DNA of 64,000 nt from assembly GCF_018977255.1 (NCBI RefSeq), contig NW_024704743.1, positions 59,212,001-59,276,000 of the forward strand. The letters are read 5' to 3'. The notes beneath the pieces were generated by a model. The model was not told where the DNA came from, did no database searches, and saw nothing but the letters and a program-made list of their open reading frames with translations. The position numbers and the translations under genes were made by a program. This document shows positions 38,843 to 52,700 of the stretch, in pieces; position 1 is the first letter of the stretch, and each line of letters opens with the position of its first letter. This DNA comes from Callorhinchus milii. Lineage: Eukaryota.

Positions 38843-40062
38843 CTAGGCAAATCAGCCACCGAGGATTGGGAACCTTATATAAAATGATTTTAGATTTTGT
38901 TCTCTCAAATGGCGATCTTGTCAAACCTTTCAGTATAATAAAAAAAGGTTTGTTGGAATCGAAATTCCTATTCTTATTCTGTACAGGGCTATATAAATCC
39001 ACTTTTGAGATGCACTTGAACAGAGCAGAGTGCAAAATCGTCACAGGAACTCATTATTTGTACCTTCTTTCCTACTTTTAGAGATTTATGCATGTGTACC
39101 TCCAGATCCTTTTCCTCATCGACTTAATAGATTATTTTATCCTTCAGGTTACTTTCTGCCGCATTTCGCCCACAAATCTACAGTCAATTCACTTTATACT
39201 ATATTCTGTGAAGACGTTAAAAAGCTCTATATCAAATGCAAGGATTATTATTATTCCTTCAGTGTTCAACTGCATCAACCACTTATATAAGTATTTCATC
39301 CTGAAGTCTTATTCTAATTCTCACTATTTGCCAATCATCCAGTATATTTTATTGGTATACTTAGGTATAGTTAGAGGAATACTTCCTTAAAATCTGATCC
39401 ATTCCACTCTAATGCCATAACATGGATCCATTTTCCTTGGTTGATTTGTCCAGGCAGAGACGCCTACATCTGGTCTCTGGCAGTGCGTGTGGAGGAGGGA
39501 TGCACATTCCTTGACATCCTCTGGAGTTTCATGCATTGGCCAGCATGATCAACTTTGCAAACTTTGGCACATTTTAGGAAGTCTGAGATCAAATCCCAAA
39601 GGAATGCAGCTTCATTGTAATAGTACACATGTAGCCGTTGGCAGTATAGTCACATCATAGATTTTCTAAACTCTACACAGGATCCAGTTGTGACTCCAAT
39701 TTTGATTACTTACCTTTAATTACAACACTTGCATTTATACAACACTTCACATGAGTAACATCTCAGAATGCTTAATCAGAGCGATTACTACACTCTCCAC
39801 CTAGTTCAACTAAGATTGCTATTGGAGTTGGTTCTGGCTTCAGTCCTTTCTTTTTTGGGTGTGCTGTTAACACCTTTTGTGCAATAAATCTAATCCTATG
39901 TTGACAAGATGACTCGTAGGACTCATTTAATGTCTAGAATTATTTCAGATGGAATATCTGAATGTGAAAATCCAAACACAATAAGGAGATCTCAACTTCA
40001 GGGACCCTTTCTCTTTTATTGAATACTTGTTTTCTGAAGCAACAGGTTAAATCTATGAAGAG

Positions 40063-42273
40063 AACAACAAAAGAATTACATTTGTATAGTGCCTTTCATG
40101 TTGGGAGGACATCCCCAGGCGCTGGACAGCAAGAGTTTCAGACCTGAGCTGGGGATCGGGATCAGGGAGAGTGGAAAGCAGGGGGGGTGAAGTAGGGAGA
40201 TCAAAAGCACGGCCGAAAAAGTGGTTCTTGAGATGGGTCTTGAAGGAGGTAAGGAAGGGGGCGAGGCGGAGGGACTGTGGGATGGAGTTCCAGAGGGTGG
40301 GGGCAGAGTGGCAGAAGGCCCGCCTGCCAATAGTGGACCGAGTGAGGCGGGGGATGTGAAGAAGGTCGGAGCCGCTGAGCTGATGGAGCGAACAGGATTG
40401 TAGGGGGTTAGGAAATCGCAGTGGTAGGGTGGAGTAAGACCATGGAGGACTTTGAAGGTGAGGATCAGGATCTTGAACTGTATCCTGTGTGTGATGGGAA
40501 ACCAGTGAAGTCGGGCGAGGATGGGGGTGATAAGGTCACGAAGCCTGGTGCAGGAGAGGACACGGGCAGCAGAGTCCTGGATGATCTGCACTCTATGGAG
40601 GGAGGAGTTGGGGAGGCCGACAAGCAGTGAGTTTGCATAGTCGAACCTCAATGGTAATGAAAGTGTGAATGAGGGTTTCGGCGGCCTGCGGAGTGAGACA
40701 GTCGCAGAGCTGGGTGATATTGTGGATGTGGGGGAAGGCAGAGTGGGTCATGGCGCAGATGTGCGGTAGAAAGGATAGTTGAGCGTCCAACTGAAGAAAA
40801 TTAGCTCACATCCAGTAATTCATGTCTGACAGACATTCTGTCAGGAGAGCAGTGGTCCTGGAGACAAGGATGGAGGCAGAGAGGTAGAGTTGGGTGTCAT
40901 CCGCATACATGTGGAAGTTGACCACATGTCTGCGGATGATGTTACCAAGAGGGAGCATATAGATATTGAAGAGGAGGGGATCAAGGACAGAGCCCTGAGG
41001 AACGCCACATGAGAAGGTGCTGCGGCTAGAGGAGATTTGTGAAGATGAAGTGCAGGCGGTGTGAGAGGTACTATCTGAACCAGTCAAGGACAGAGCTGTG
41101 AAGGTTGAGGTGAGAGGAGAGGCAGTGGATGAGGATAGAGTTGTCGACAGTGTCGAGGAAGACGAGGATGCAGAGGGAGCCTTGGTCACAGATGGACAGA
41201 ATGTCATTTGTCACTTTGACCAGGGCTGTTTCTTTCCTGTGGGCTGTACGGAAACCCGATTGGAAGGGTTCGTGAGGGGAGTGGCGGGAGAGGAAAAAGT
41301 GAAGCTGGAAGCAATAACTCATTCCAGGACTTTGGAGAGGAAAGGCAAGTTGCAGATGGGGTGGTAGTTTGAGAGTAGAGATGGATGCAGGGAGGGTTTT
41401 TAAGGATAGGAGCCGTTTTTAATGGGGTGGGAGCAATACCAGTGGACAGGGAGGGGTTTATGATGTCTGTGAGTAGAGGGCAAGGAGGTGGAGCTGGGAT
41501 GTAAGGAGAGGAATAGGGATGGGGTCGAGGGAGCAGCTGGTCAGTTTCATGTGGGTTATAGTGGTAGTGAGGGAGGAGTAGGAGACAGGTTTAAATCAGC
41601 GGATAGGGAGATGGGAAGGGTCCAGGGTGGGATGGGGAGATGGGGAGGGTGTCGACTTTTGATTCGAGGAAGTCTAGCATTGCCTCGCAATTGGCATTTG
41701 AAGTGAGGATGGGTGAGGAGTGAAATGCTGGGTGGAGGAGTCGGTTGGTGGTAGAGAAGTGAAGCTGGGGTTGTTCTTGGCCTCCAAGATTGTCTTGAAG
41801 TAGAAAAATGATTTAGTGAAGGCAAGGGGAGAGTGGTAAGAGTTGATAAGGTCCAGCCAGATCTGCCGATGGACCGTTAAGTTGGATTTAAACCAGGTGC
41901 ATTCAGTAGCATGCACGTGTGCTTTAAGGCAGTGGCTGGTGGCTTACATGAATAGGAGACACTTCAGGAAGAGAGGGGAGCAAGTGAATCGAGAGCCACC
42001 CCATTACCACGGCGGTTAGGTCGTGGGGTATGATGGAAGGTGTAGCCAGGTGGTGTGGCCTCTGTCAGGGGGAAGGTGTAGCAGGTTTCAGTGAGGGCGA
42101 GAATGTCGATGTTTTCGGCAATAATGACATCTTGGATGGTGAGTGTTTTGTTGGAGAGGGAATGGACATTTTGTAGGCTGATGTGGAGGGGGGACAGTTG
42201 GTGGCGGAATGTGGGGGATGAGGGGTGGGGAAGAGGGAGGACTGACAGGGAGGGTGGGAATGTGGATCAGGGA
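40063..42273 (-). mobile_element. L2 LINE, heavily deleted (endonuclease start to 3' tail)
   Basis: Minus strand [52 protein letters not shown] and tail. Confidence 0.93.
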
Positions 42274-45200
42274 TTTCAGGGATAGGATGAGGGTCGACCA
42301 TCCAACTTACACGTTGCAAAATTTCCATGAACTGCCATGAACTGAAAGATCAATTTTATCTGAATTATCTGTAGATACTACTATTTTGAAGAAAAATGTA
42401 GAGTTTCCCCCATCAGCCTGGACAATATTCCTCCGACATAGAGATTCAGAAAAACTGCTACATTTGCCTGACATTAAAAAATCACTACACAATACACTAC
42501 AACATATTATTTGTTTTGAAGTGTTATGTTATTTCAAGTACTATAATGAAACATTCATTTGCGTTGTGTACTGAGGTACTGTAAGAATATTGGTGCATGA
42601 AATCAGACTCTACTGAATGATCCAGCCTTTGCTAGTTTATTCCGATATTCCAGAATCTCAGACGAGCCATGTATCAGAATTATTTGCATAATTTTGGCCC
42701 CAAGACAAGAGACTTTCCATCCAGATAGTGTCAGCTGTACTTCTTCCATTCCTATCCTGCAGCCAAGCAGGAAATTTGAACTTGCCTACTGTATTCCACA
42801 TTTAAAGTAGCCCCCTGGCTTACTGGACTCAGGGTATCTGGAATTTGACCCTACCCAAACCAGGCACCAAAAGGGTTTTAAAAAAATTTCCATGGGCTCC
42901 CATTGGCCCAACTCTCCTGTTGCTCACCAACGCTAGCCTAAGCAGCTCATGTGATCCTCACAGCTTCCCGCCTCATCGTCCTTCCTTTGCCATCTTGGGT
43001 CCGCGTGAGGAACTACGTTTTGATTGACAATGGTAGAAACGCAGATGCAATGCCCGAAATTGCCAGTAAATCTATTACTGTCATTTTCCAGCACTGCATA
43101 AGCATTTTGTGCATTTCCCAGATTGTAATTGCATTCCAGCTCACCGGACTGATTACTTCCCCCCTCCGCCGCCCACCCCCCGTTAGTCCAGATAGCCAGG
43201 GGTTATCTGTATGTGCTTTTCACAACATGTCTATGTGTTTATTACGTTCAGGCTTGACTATGCTAACTCCCTGCTCATCGGACGTGTTGCTATAGTTGTC
43301 GGAGCTCTTGTAGATTATAGAATTTAGATTCATAGGAATATAGAAACGGGATTTGGTCATTTAGCGCCTTGACCCTGTTCTGCCATTCTATTAGATCATG
43401 GCTGATTTGTAACTCAACTCCAATTACCCACCTTTGCCTCATATCCCTTAATACCCTTACCTAACAAACATAAGGATTCAGAAACTTTCCAACCATGCAG
43501 ACAAAAACTATATCAATTCATACGAGCGCATACATCTATAATCTTCTCAATTGTAAAGTATTGTAATGAACTTCTGTCATGTTGATCGTCCTTTCTTGGT
43601 CATTTACAAACTGACATCTGAAGAGGAAGAGTATATAAAAGGAAAGAGAAAGGAATTGCGATTAGTTAGCTCCAGTGGAAGAGCTAGCACAAATTCATAC
43701 TCGATGAGCCGAATGACCTCCTTCTATGCTATATTCTCTATGATTCCACGATTTTGGGAAGTACATTCTGGAGAGAAAATCAGTAGAACTTTGCAATTTT
43801 ATTGGTGAATTCAATGAGACAGTTTAACAAATTTCTCATCCTTTCAAAATACCCATTCCTATCTTCTTTTCAACATGAGTTGCTTCCCCATAATGCTCCA
43901 ACCCCTGTCCTCCATTCTCCATTACTCCTGTTTGGTCCTCCTCTCCCACCGCCCTCCCTGACTCCTATCTCTGCTTGACCGTCCCACAGCCTCCCTCTGC
44001 CCACTATGGCAGACACTGCTGGCAGTCCAACAGCAGCCACTCAGACTGCCCTATCCCCCATTTTCGCCGTAAGGCCCATCGGTCCCTGACCACGGGGACC
44101 AACCTCTCCTCCCTGATCCACATTTCCACCCTCCCTGTCAGTCCTCCCTCTTCCCCACCCCTCACCCCTCACATTCCGCCACCAACTGTCCCCCCTCCAC
44201 ATCAGCCTACAAAATGTCCATTCCCTCTCCAACAAAACACTCACCATCCAAGATGTCATTATTGCCGAAAACATCGACATTCTCGCCCTCACTGAAACCT
44301 TCCCCCTGACAGAGGCCACACCACCTGGCTACACCTTCCATCATACCCCACGACCTAACCGCCGTGGTAATGGGGTGGCTCTCGATTCACTTGCTCCACT
44401 CTCTTCCCGAAGTGTCTCCTATTCATGTAAGCCACCAGCCACTGCCTTAAAGCACACGTGCATGCTACTGAATGCACCTGGCTTAAATCCAACTTAACGG
44501 TCCATCGGCAGATCTGGCTGGACCTTATCAACTCTTACCACTCTCCCTTGCCTTCACTAAATCATTTTTCTACTTCAAGACAATCTTGGAGGCCAAGAAC
44601 AACCCCAGCTTCACTTCTCTACCACCAACCGACTCCTCCACCCAGCATTTCACTCCTCACCCATCCTCACTTCAAATGCCAATTGCGAGGCAATGCTAGA
44701 CTTCCTCGAATCAAAAGTCGACACCCTCCCCATCTCCCCATCCCACCCTGGACCCTTCCCATCTCCCTATCCGCTGATTTAAACCTGTCTCCTACTCCTC
44801 CTCACTACCACTATAACCCACATGAAACTGACCAGCTGCTCCCTCGACCCCATCCCTATTCCTCTCCTTACATCCCAGCTCCACCTCCTTGCCCTCTACT
44901 CAGACATCATAAACCTCTCCCTGTCCACTGGCATTGCTCCCACCCCATTAAAAACGGCTCCTATCCTTAAAAACCCTCCCTGCATCCATCTCTACTCTCA
45001 AACTACCACCCCATCTTCAACTTGCCTTTCCTCTCCAAAGTCCTGGAACGAGTTATTGCTTCCAGCTTCACTTTTTCCTCTCCCGCCACTCCCCTCCCGA
45101 ACCCTTCCAATCGGGTTTCCGTACAGCCCACAGGAAAGAAACAGCCCTGGTCAAAGTGACAAATGACATTCTGTCCATCTGTGATCAAGGCTCCCTCTGC

Positions 45201-45573
45201 ATCCTCGTCTTCCTCGACACTGTCGACAACTCTATCCTCATCCACTGCCTCTCCTCTCACCTCAACCTTCACAGCTCTGTCCTTGACTGGTTCAGATAGT
45301 ACCTCTCACACCGCCTGCACTTCATCTTCACAAATGGTTTCTCCTCTAGCCGCAGCACCTTCTCATGTGGCGTTCCTCAGGGCTCTGTCCTTGATCCCCT
45401 CCTCTTCAATATCTATATGCTCCCTCTTGGTAACATCATCCGCAGACATGGGGTCAACTTCCACATGTATGCGGATGACACCCAACTCTACCTCTCTGCC
45501 TCCATCCTTGTCTCCAGGACCACTGCTCTCCTGACAGAATGTCTGTCAGACATGAATTACTGGATGTGAGCTA
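40802..45573. repeat. Long inverted repeat: arms 40802-42273 and 44110-45573 (about 1.47 kb each), spacer 1836 bp
   Basis: The arms are near-identical reverse complements, including shared idiosyncratic deletions. They differ by scattered substitutions and small indels. Confidence 0.95.
43875..45573 (+). mobile_element. L2 LINE 5'/central part (right arm of the inverted duplication plus 5' extension)
   Basis: LQNVHSLSNKTLTIQDVIIAENIDILALTET (APE endonuclease start) through [10 protein letters not shown]. Confidence 0.9.
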
Positions 45574-45765
45574 CCTTTCCTCTTCTACCCTCAACTCCAC
45601 GACCACCGATGTCCTGACAGCCTGCCTGTCTGACATTGAGTCCTGGACGAGAGACAACTTTCTTCAGCTCAACGTGCATAAAACTGAGGCCCTCCTGATT
45701 GGCTCGCGTCAGCGTCTCCGCACCTCAGGCGCTGACATCATCAGCATCCAAGGCTGCACTCTCCA
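45571..45765 (+). mobile_element. L2 fragment of a second subfamily fused to the inverted arm
   Basis: [35 protein letters not shown]; closely matches the reverse complement of about 35430-35622. Confidence 0.85.
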
Positions 45766-45774
45766 GCCTTGTCC

Positions 45775-48344
45775 TCCAGAGAGGACAAACAAGTTACACA
45801 GAGGCCTGAGAGAGACGAATAGCAATGTAATAAGGAGTAATCCAGAAAAAGGAGGGATTAGACAGGGGAGAAATGTAGAGCAGATTAAGTCGGTCTTGGA
45901 GTGCGTGTGCGTAAATGTGTGACAAGTAAAATTGGTGAGCTGCAGGCTCAAGTTGCTACATGGGGGTATGATGTAATGGTAATAACGGAGACCTGGCTCA
46001 AACAAGGGGAGGAATGGGAGCTGAATATTCCTGGCTACAATGTATTCAGGAGGGATAAGAAAAGAATAATTCAATTATCCTAACATAAACTGGCAAAATA
46101 ACAGTGTAAAGGCCAAGGAGGAGAAAGGTTTCCTAAAATGTGTGCAGGATAACTTTCTGGATCAGTATGTTTCTAGTCCAACGAGGAAGGAAACAGTGCT
46201 GGATCTAGTTCTGGGAAATGAAGTGGAGCAGGTTTCAGTAGGAGAGCATCTGGACAACAGCGATCAAAACATTATCAGATTTAGAGTACTTATGGAAAGG
46301 GACAAGGAGCAATCAAAGGGGAAGATACTCAACTGGAGGAGGGTTAATTTCAATGAGTTAAAAAGGGACCTAGCCAAGGTGGACTGGAAAGAAAGATTGG
46401 GAGGTAAAACAGCTAATGAGCATTGGGAAGCCTTCAAGGATACGATACTTTGGGGACAGAACAAATACATTCCCACAAAGGGGAAAGGTAGGGCATCCAA
46501 ACCTCCCTGGATGAATAGGGAAATTGGAGTTAAAATAAAACAGAAAAAGGAGGCTTATGATAAATGTCAGGTCCAAAATACAGAAGATAATCAAATAGAA
46601 TGTAGAAAGTACAGAGGAGAACTGAAAAAGGAAATAAGAGGGGCAAAGAGATTGTATGAGAAAAGATTAGCGAGTAACATAAAAAAGAACCCTAAGGTAT
46701 TTTATAAGCATATAAAGAATAAAAAGTTAGTCAAATGTAGGGTGGGTCCAATTAGGGACAAAATAGGAAATCGTCTTGTGCAGGCAGAGAGCATGGCTGA
46801 CGTACTGAATGAGTACTTTGCATCAGTCTTCACAAAAGAAGAGGATACAGCCAATGCCACAGTATTGGAGGAGAGGTTAGAGAGATTGGATAAGATAAGA
46901 ATAAACCAAGAGGAGGTTCTAAAAAGGTTGTCGGTGCTCAAGGTAAATAAGTCACCCTGTTCCGTCGGGATGCATACTAGGTTACTGAGGGCAGAAAGGG
47001 TGGAAATAATGGAGGCTCTGGCCACAATCTTTCAAATGCTTACAAAATATGGGTTAATAAAGGACAGCCAACATGCACTTGTAAAAGGCAAATCATGTCC
47101 AACAACCTGATCAGAGTTTTTAGATTATGTAAATGAGAGGGTGGTTGAAGGTAGTGCAGTTGATGTAGTTTATATGGATTTTCAAAAGGCATTTGGTAAA
47201 GTGCCACATAAGAGACTTGTAAATAAAATAGAAGCCCTCAGTATTAAAGGCACAGTGGCAGCATTGATACAGAACTGGCCGGGAGACAGAAACCAAAGAG
47301 TGGTGGTGAACGGTTGTTTTTCTGACTAGAGGGAAGTGTGCAGTGGTGTCCCCCAGAGGTCAGTATTGGGACCATTGCTGTTTTTGATCTGTATAGATGA
47401 CCTGGACTTGAGTATAGGGAGTACAATTTCCAAGTTTGCAGATAATACTAAGCTACGAAAAGTAGTAAACAGTGCGGAGGTTAGTAGCACACTGCAAATG
47501 TACATAGACAGACTGGTAAAATGGGCAAACACGTGGCCGATGAAGTTTAATGTGGAGAAATGTGAAGTGATGCATTTTGGGAGGAAGATTGAGGAGAGAC
47601 AATATAAACCGATGGTACAATCTTAAAGGGGATGAAGGAACAGAGAGACCCGGGGGTTCATATAAGTAAATCTTTGAAGGTGCAGGACAGGTAGATAAAG
47701 CTATTAAGAAAGCATATGGGATACTCGGTTTTATAAATAGGGGCATAGAATACAAAAGTCAGGATGTTATGATAAACCTTTATAAAATACTGGTTAGGCC
47801 TCAGCGAGAGTACTGTGTTCAGTTCTGGACACCACACTTTAGGATGTCAAGGCAATGGAGAGGGGGCAAAGGAGATTTACCAGGATGGTATCAGGATTGA
47901 GGGACTTCAGTTATGAGGAGAGGCTAGAGACGCTAGGATTATTCTCCTTGGAGCAGAGAAGGTTAAGAGGAGACTTAATCAAAGTTTTCAAAATTATGAG
48001 AGGAATCGATAGAGTGAACAAGGAAAAATTATTTCCACTGGTGGGTGGGTCGGTAACCCTGATTTAAAATAGTTGTTAAAAGAAACAGAGGGGAGGTGAG
48101 GAGAAATTTTTTCACACAAAGAGTTGTTCGGATCTGGAATGCATTGCTTGAAAGGGTGGTGGAAGCTGATTCAATAACAACTTTTAAGAGAGAAGTAGAT
48201 AATTATTTGGGGACGATAAGTTTGCAGGACTATGGGGAGAGAGCAGAGGAGTGGGATTAAATTGGATAGCTCTTTTCAAAGAGCCGGCACAGACATGATG
48301 GGCTGAATGGCCTCCTTCTGTGCTATATAATTCTATGATTCTAT
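45775..48344 (+). mobile_element. CR1 LINE, ORF2 pseudogene with internal deletions
   Basis: Endonuclease motifs ITETWL/GYNVFRRD, LDLVL and SDQNII; RT motifs YMDFQKAFGKVPH and KFADNTKL (catalytic DD changed to DN); tail ATTCTATGATTCTAT. Confidence 0.95.
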
Positions 48345-48465
48345 ATTAATCCTGGAAGAGAAATAAACCAACACTTTTACTTCAATACACGTGTACGAAT
48401 ACACTGTGCACAAAGGAACTAAATATTTTACCCAGAACTAAGGGACCATTTCTACTGGTATATTT

Positions 48466-49795
48466 ACAACAACAACAAAATTACATTTATAGAGTGCATT
48501 TCAAGTCGGGAGGACATCCCAAAGCGCTGAACAGTCAGCTGTCGGTGCTTGAGCATGTGGTGTAGAGATGAGGGAAGCAGAGAGGTGGGAGGGCGACCAA
48601 AAGCATGGTAGAAGAGAAGGGTCTTGAGACCGGCCTTGAAGGAGGCAAGGGAGGAAGCGAGGCGAAGGGACCGTGGGATGGAGTTCCAGAGTGTGGGGGC
48701 AGAGAGGCTGAAAGCCCGTCCACCGATGGTAGGGCGGGTCAGGCGGGAGACGTGGAGCAGACCGGAGCCCGCTGAACAGAGGGAGTGGGCAGGTTGTTAG
48801 GAAGTCAGCAGGTCAGAGAGGTAGGAGGGGGCAAGGCCATGGATAGCCTTAAAGGTGAGGACGAGGATCTTGAATTCAATCCTTCGGGAGATGGGGAGCC
48901 AGTGGAGTCGGGCGAGGGTGGGAGTGATGGGATCACGGAGCCTGGTGGGTGAAAGTACATGTGCTGCAGAGTTTTGGATGATCTGCAGTTTGTGAAGGGA
49001 AGAGTTGGGAAGACCGATGAGGAGGGAGTTCCCGTAATCGAGCCTTGATATGACGAATGCATGGGTGAGGCTTTCAGCAGCCTGAGGGGTTACAACACAG
49101 AAACAGGCCTAACATGTTTGTGTTGGTGTTTATACTTCACACAAGCCTCCATCCCTCTTGTTCCTCTCGCCCCTATCCCTCCATTGCCTTGACGAATGCG
49201 TGGGTGAGGGTTTCGGCAACCTGAGGAGTGAGGCTGTGGCGGAGTCTGGCAATGTTGCGGAGTGTCGGTCATGGCGCGGATGTGGGGAGAAAGGACAGTT
49301 CAGGGCCAAACAAGATACCCAGGTTCCTGACTAGCTTAGTGAGGTTGAGTGTGCAGCCGTGGAGGCTGATGCTGCGCTAGCGTCTGAGGTGCGGAAGCGC
49401 TGGCGCGAGCCAATCAGGGGGGCTTCAGTCTTGCTGATGTTGAGTTGGAGAAAGTTGTCCCTCATCCAGGATTTGATGTCAGACAGGTAGTTGGTCAGGA
49501 AGTCAGTAGTCCTGGAGTTCAGGGTGGAACCAGAGGTAGAGTTGGGTGTCATCCGCATACATGTGGGAATTTACCCCATGTCTGCAGATGACGTCACCAA
49601 GGGGGAGCATGTAGAGGGTGAAGAGAAAGGGACCGAGGACAGAGCCCTGAGGAACACCCCACGAGGCACAGGGGCTGGAGGAGAAGCCGTTTGCCACGAC
49701 AAAGTGGAGGCGGTGTGAAAGGTAGGACCTGAACCAGTCAAGGACAGAACCTTGAAGGTTGAGGTGGGAGGAGAGGCGGTGGAGGAGGATTGAGT
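48466..49795 (-). mobile_element. L2 LINE, 5'-truncated, interrupted by a CR1-type tail at about 49090-49190
   Basis: [23 protein letters not shown] and the L2 tail at about 48466-48535. Confidence 0.93.
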
Positions 49796-52700
49796 GGTCT
49801 CAATATTTAGTTTATTCAGATTCAAATGATTTAAAAACTACTAAGAATGTTTGTCAGAAAAAAGAAAGATGTATATATTTATTTTATCTGTTTAATCACT
49901 GCCAAGGGATATTCTCTTTGGCCTCTCCGCATGGATTTATATAAAGGAAGATATTTCTACAACATAGCAACAAATTAGAGTTAAGAAACTTAACTCCATA
50001 AATGAGATGCCAAATATTGTGCATTTGTCATGCATTTTCCATCAAAAATGCTCTCACTCTCTCTTATTAGGTTGTACTAACTTATCAAGACATTTGAAAG
50101 TTGAATATTTCCCACATTTTCAGTTTTATTTCCTACACAGTTTGAGAATGTTTGCTGTTTCTGTCACCAAATTCCTAAACTGGTTTAACATTTCTTGCAG
50201 CTGTGAAAATGCATTTCCTCTCAGCAACAAGCTGGATTTTTCTGGAACAAAAACCTTCTTTCCAGTCTGGAGAAACTGCATAGTGCAGTTCATATTCCCT
50301 ATTCATTACCCTTGAACTTGTTTTTCCCATTGGAGAGGGTCATTTTCCTCAAGGTTGTTCCAGTGCTCATGACTTTGCCCTTGTTACAACCCGATTCCAA
50401 TGAATGGATAATGTAACAGATTGTGAAATATATGCCAATTTAACATTCTTTAAAATATATAATAAATAATCCTTTCATTTGATATAGCGCCTTATCACAT
50501 CAGCAAAATATATCAAAGCACTTCACAGGATATACTGTAGAATGTGGTGACTGCATTTTTGTAGGTGAACAATTGCATAATGTCCACAAAATTGAGTGAC
50601 CAATTTTATTTGGGGGATTGTTTGCCAGGACATCGGGAGCATCTCCCTTCTCGTGTGATTGGATCTTTAACATCCACCTGAACAGGCAGATGGACATAGG
50701 CAGCAGGTGTCTAGGGCTGGAGAAACCCCCACCTCTCTAAAGCTCACTTCTTTAAGTGACACCATGATACCTGAGGGCCCCTCCTTCCACTCTCAACTCG
50801 TCGACAGTGCCCGCCCACTTCCAGTCAGCGGCCTGTTCGTCAGGGCATTCGCACCTCTGATTGACTGCTGGACCTGTCAGTCAAGCCAATGGCTCGCCTG
50901 CCTTAAAGGGGACCAACCCTTTAACGGAGTTTTCTCAGCCCCCACAAAGAATATTTTCAAATATTTCAATATTTTCGATGCAGATGCTTGGTTTAACATC
51001 TCATCGGAAGTACAAGATGTCCAACAATGCAACATATCCTAAATTATATGAGCTCAAAGTCCCGACATGGAGCTTGAACCCACATCCTGGCACTACATTT
51101 TTGACTGAGTAATACGTGCTCTGCCTTCCTCTATTTGCATCCAGAGTTCAGTTTTCTAAATGACCTTGCTCCTGGTCTGGCCTCTTGCTAGGGTACAGTT
51201 CCATAGACGCTCTATAGGCCACTCATCTGGAGAGGGTGTCGAAGGCAGGTCTGACCTTTCCTCACCTGGTTACCACACATGTGCACAACCAGGAGAGGAT
51301 GGTGCTATAGAGGGACCATGAGTAGCAATGTTTTTTTATTGTGTTTGCTTTCAAGTGAGTGATGACGTTTTGCATGCTGTTCTGGTTTCTCATTTCATAT
51401 TATTCAAACTGCATTTGCAAATCAGTGATACAAAAGTGAAAAAAAGGCCAGCAGTATTTAATATTTGTTATTTTCTATCCTGAAATTTCATGAAAAAGGT
51501 TTTACGATGTTTTCTCTTTGATGAATTATATTTGCATTCCTAAAACTGACAACAAATTTTAACACTGAATTTATGATTCCACAATTTAGTTGATAGTGGG
51601 ACAAATGTTCAGTGTATTTCAACATAACAAACTAATGTGTTAAATTAGAAATGACCATTTAGCTCATTGAGCCTCCTCGTCAATTTCCATTAGTTTTCAT
51701 TATCATGTGCTCTTTCTACGTATTTCATCCTCGTTTCCTTACAAATGCACAGTCACTACATTTCACAAAATCCCCAAATTACAAGATTGGACTAGATGAA
51801 GAAGGTTCTTTAGCCCATCCAATCTCATCCCTGCAGAACACCTTACTGTCCCCACCCCATCATAGCATCAAACTGCTTTTTAAGTGAATCCAGTGTTCTG
51901 GATTCTACCTTTCTTGCAACTTGTTCCAGTCATTGATTACCTTCTGAATAAAGAAAAGCTTCCTGCGATCTGTCTGGAAATTGCACTTTAGAACCAGTGA
52001 TGTAGTAGTAAATTTTATAGTGCCAGAGCCCTGCAGTTTTCTCTTTTGCTCCTACCCCCAATCAACCCGCCCAACACTCACATTGGACAATCTGCCTGCC
52101 CATCAACCCATCCTGTGCTCTCATTAAACCATCTACCTGTCTCTTTTAAACCACATCACACTTGTGTTTGTGAAATGATGTTGCTGTGGTCATTTAAGTT
52201 AACCTTATTCAAACCCTTTTATAATTTTAAACACTTCTATAAGGTCTCCCCTTAAACGTCCCCTTCTCTGTCTAGTGTATCCTTATAGCAGTAACCTGCC
52301 AGCCCAGGTAACATCTTTGTAAAGCTATGTTATGCTTCTTCCATTGCTGCTGTATCCTTCTTTGCTGGAGAGTCCATAACCAGGGGCACAAATATAAGAT
52401 TGTGACTAGGGGATCTAAAAGAGAATATAGAAGGAACTACTTCATGTAGAGTGGTGAGATTGTAGAACTCGCTGTCTGAAATGGTGGTTGAATCGCATAG
52501 TGCAGATGCATTCAAGAGGAAACTAGACCTTCACATGAGGAAAGGGGAATAGAAGAGTACGGGAAGGAGTAAGGAATGGGCGAAGACTTGTGTTGAGTAT
52601 AAACACAGTCATGGACTGGCTGAGCCGAGGGGCCCGTTTCTGTGCTGTACATTCTTCGTAAATCTAGGCGCTATCTCAAATACAAACATAATTAGATATA

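Noticed and set aside
46142..47110. 322-aa ORF as a domesticated or active reverse transcriptase gene
   Set aside because: It is a piece of CR1 ORF2 with internal deletions, downstream stops and a FADN catalytic mutation.
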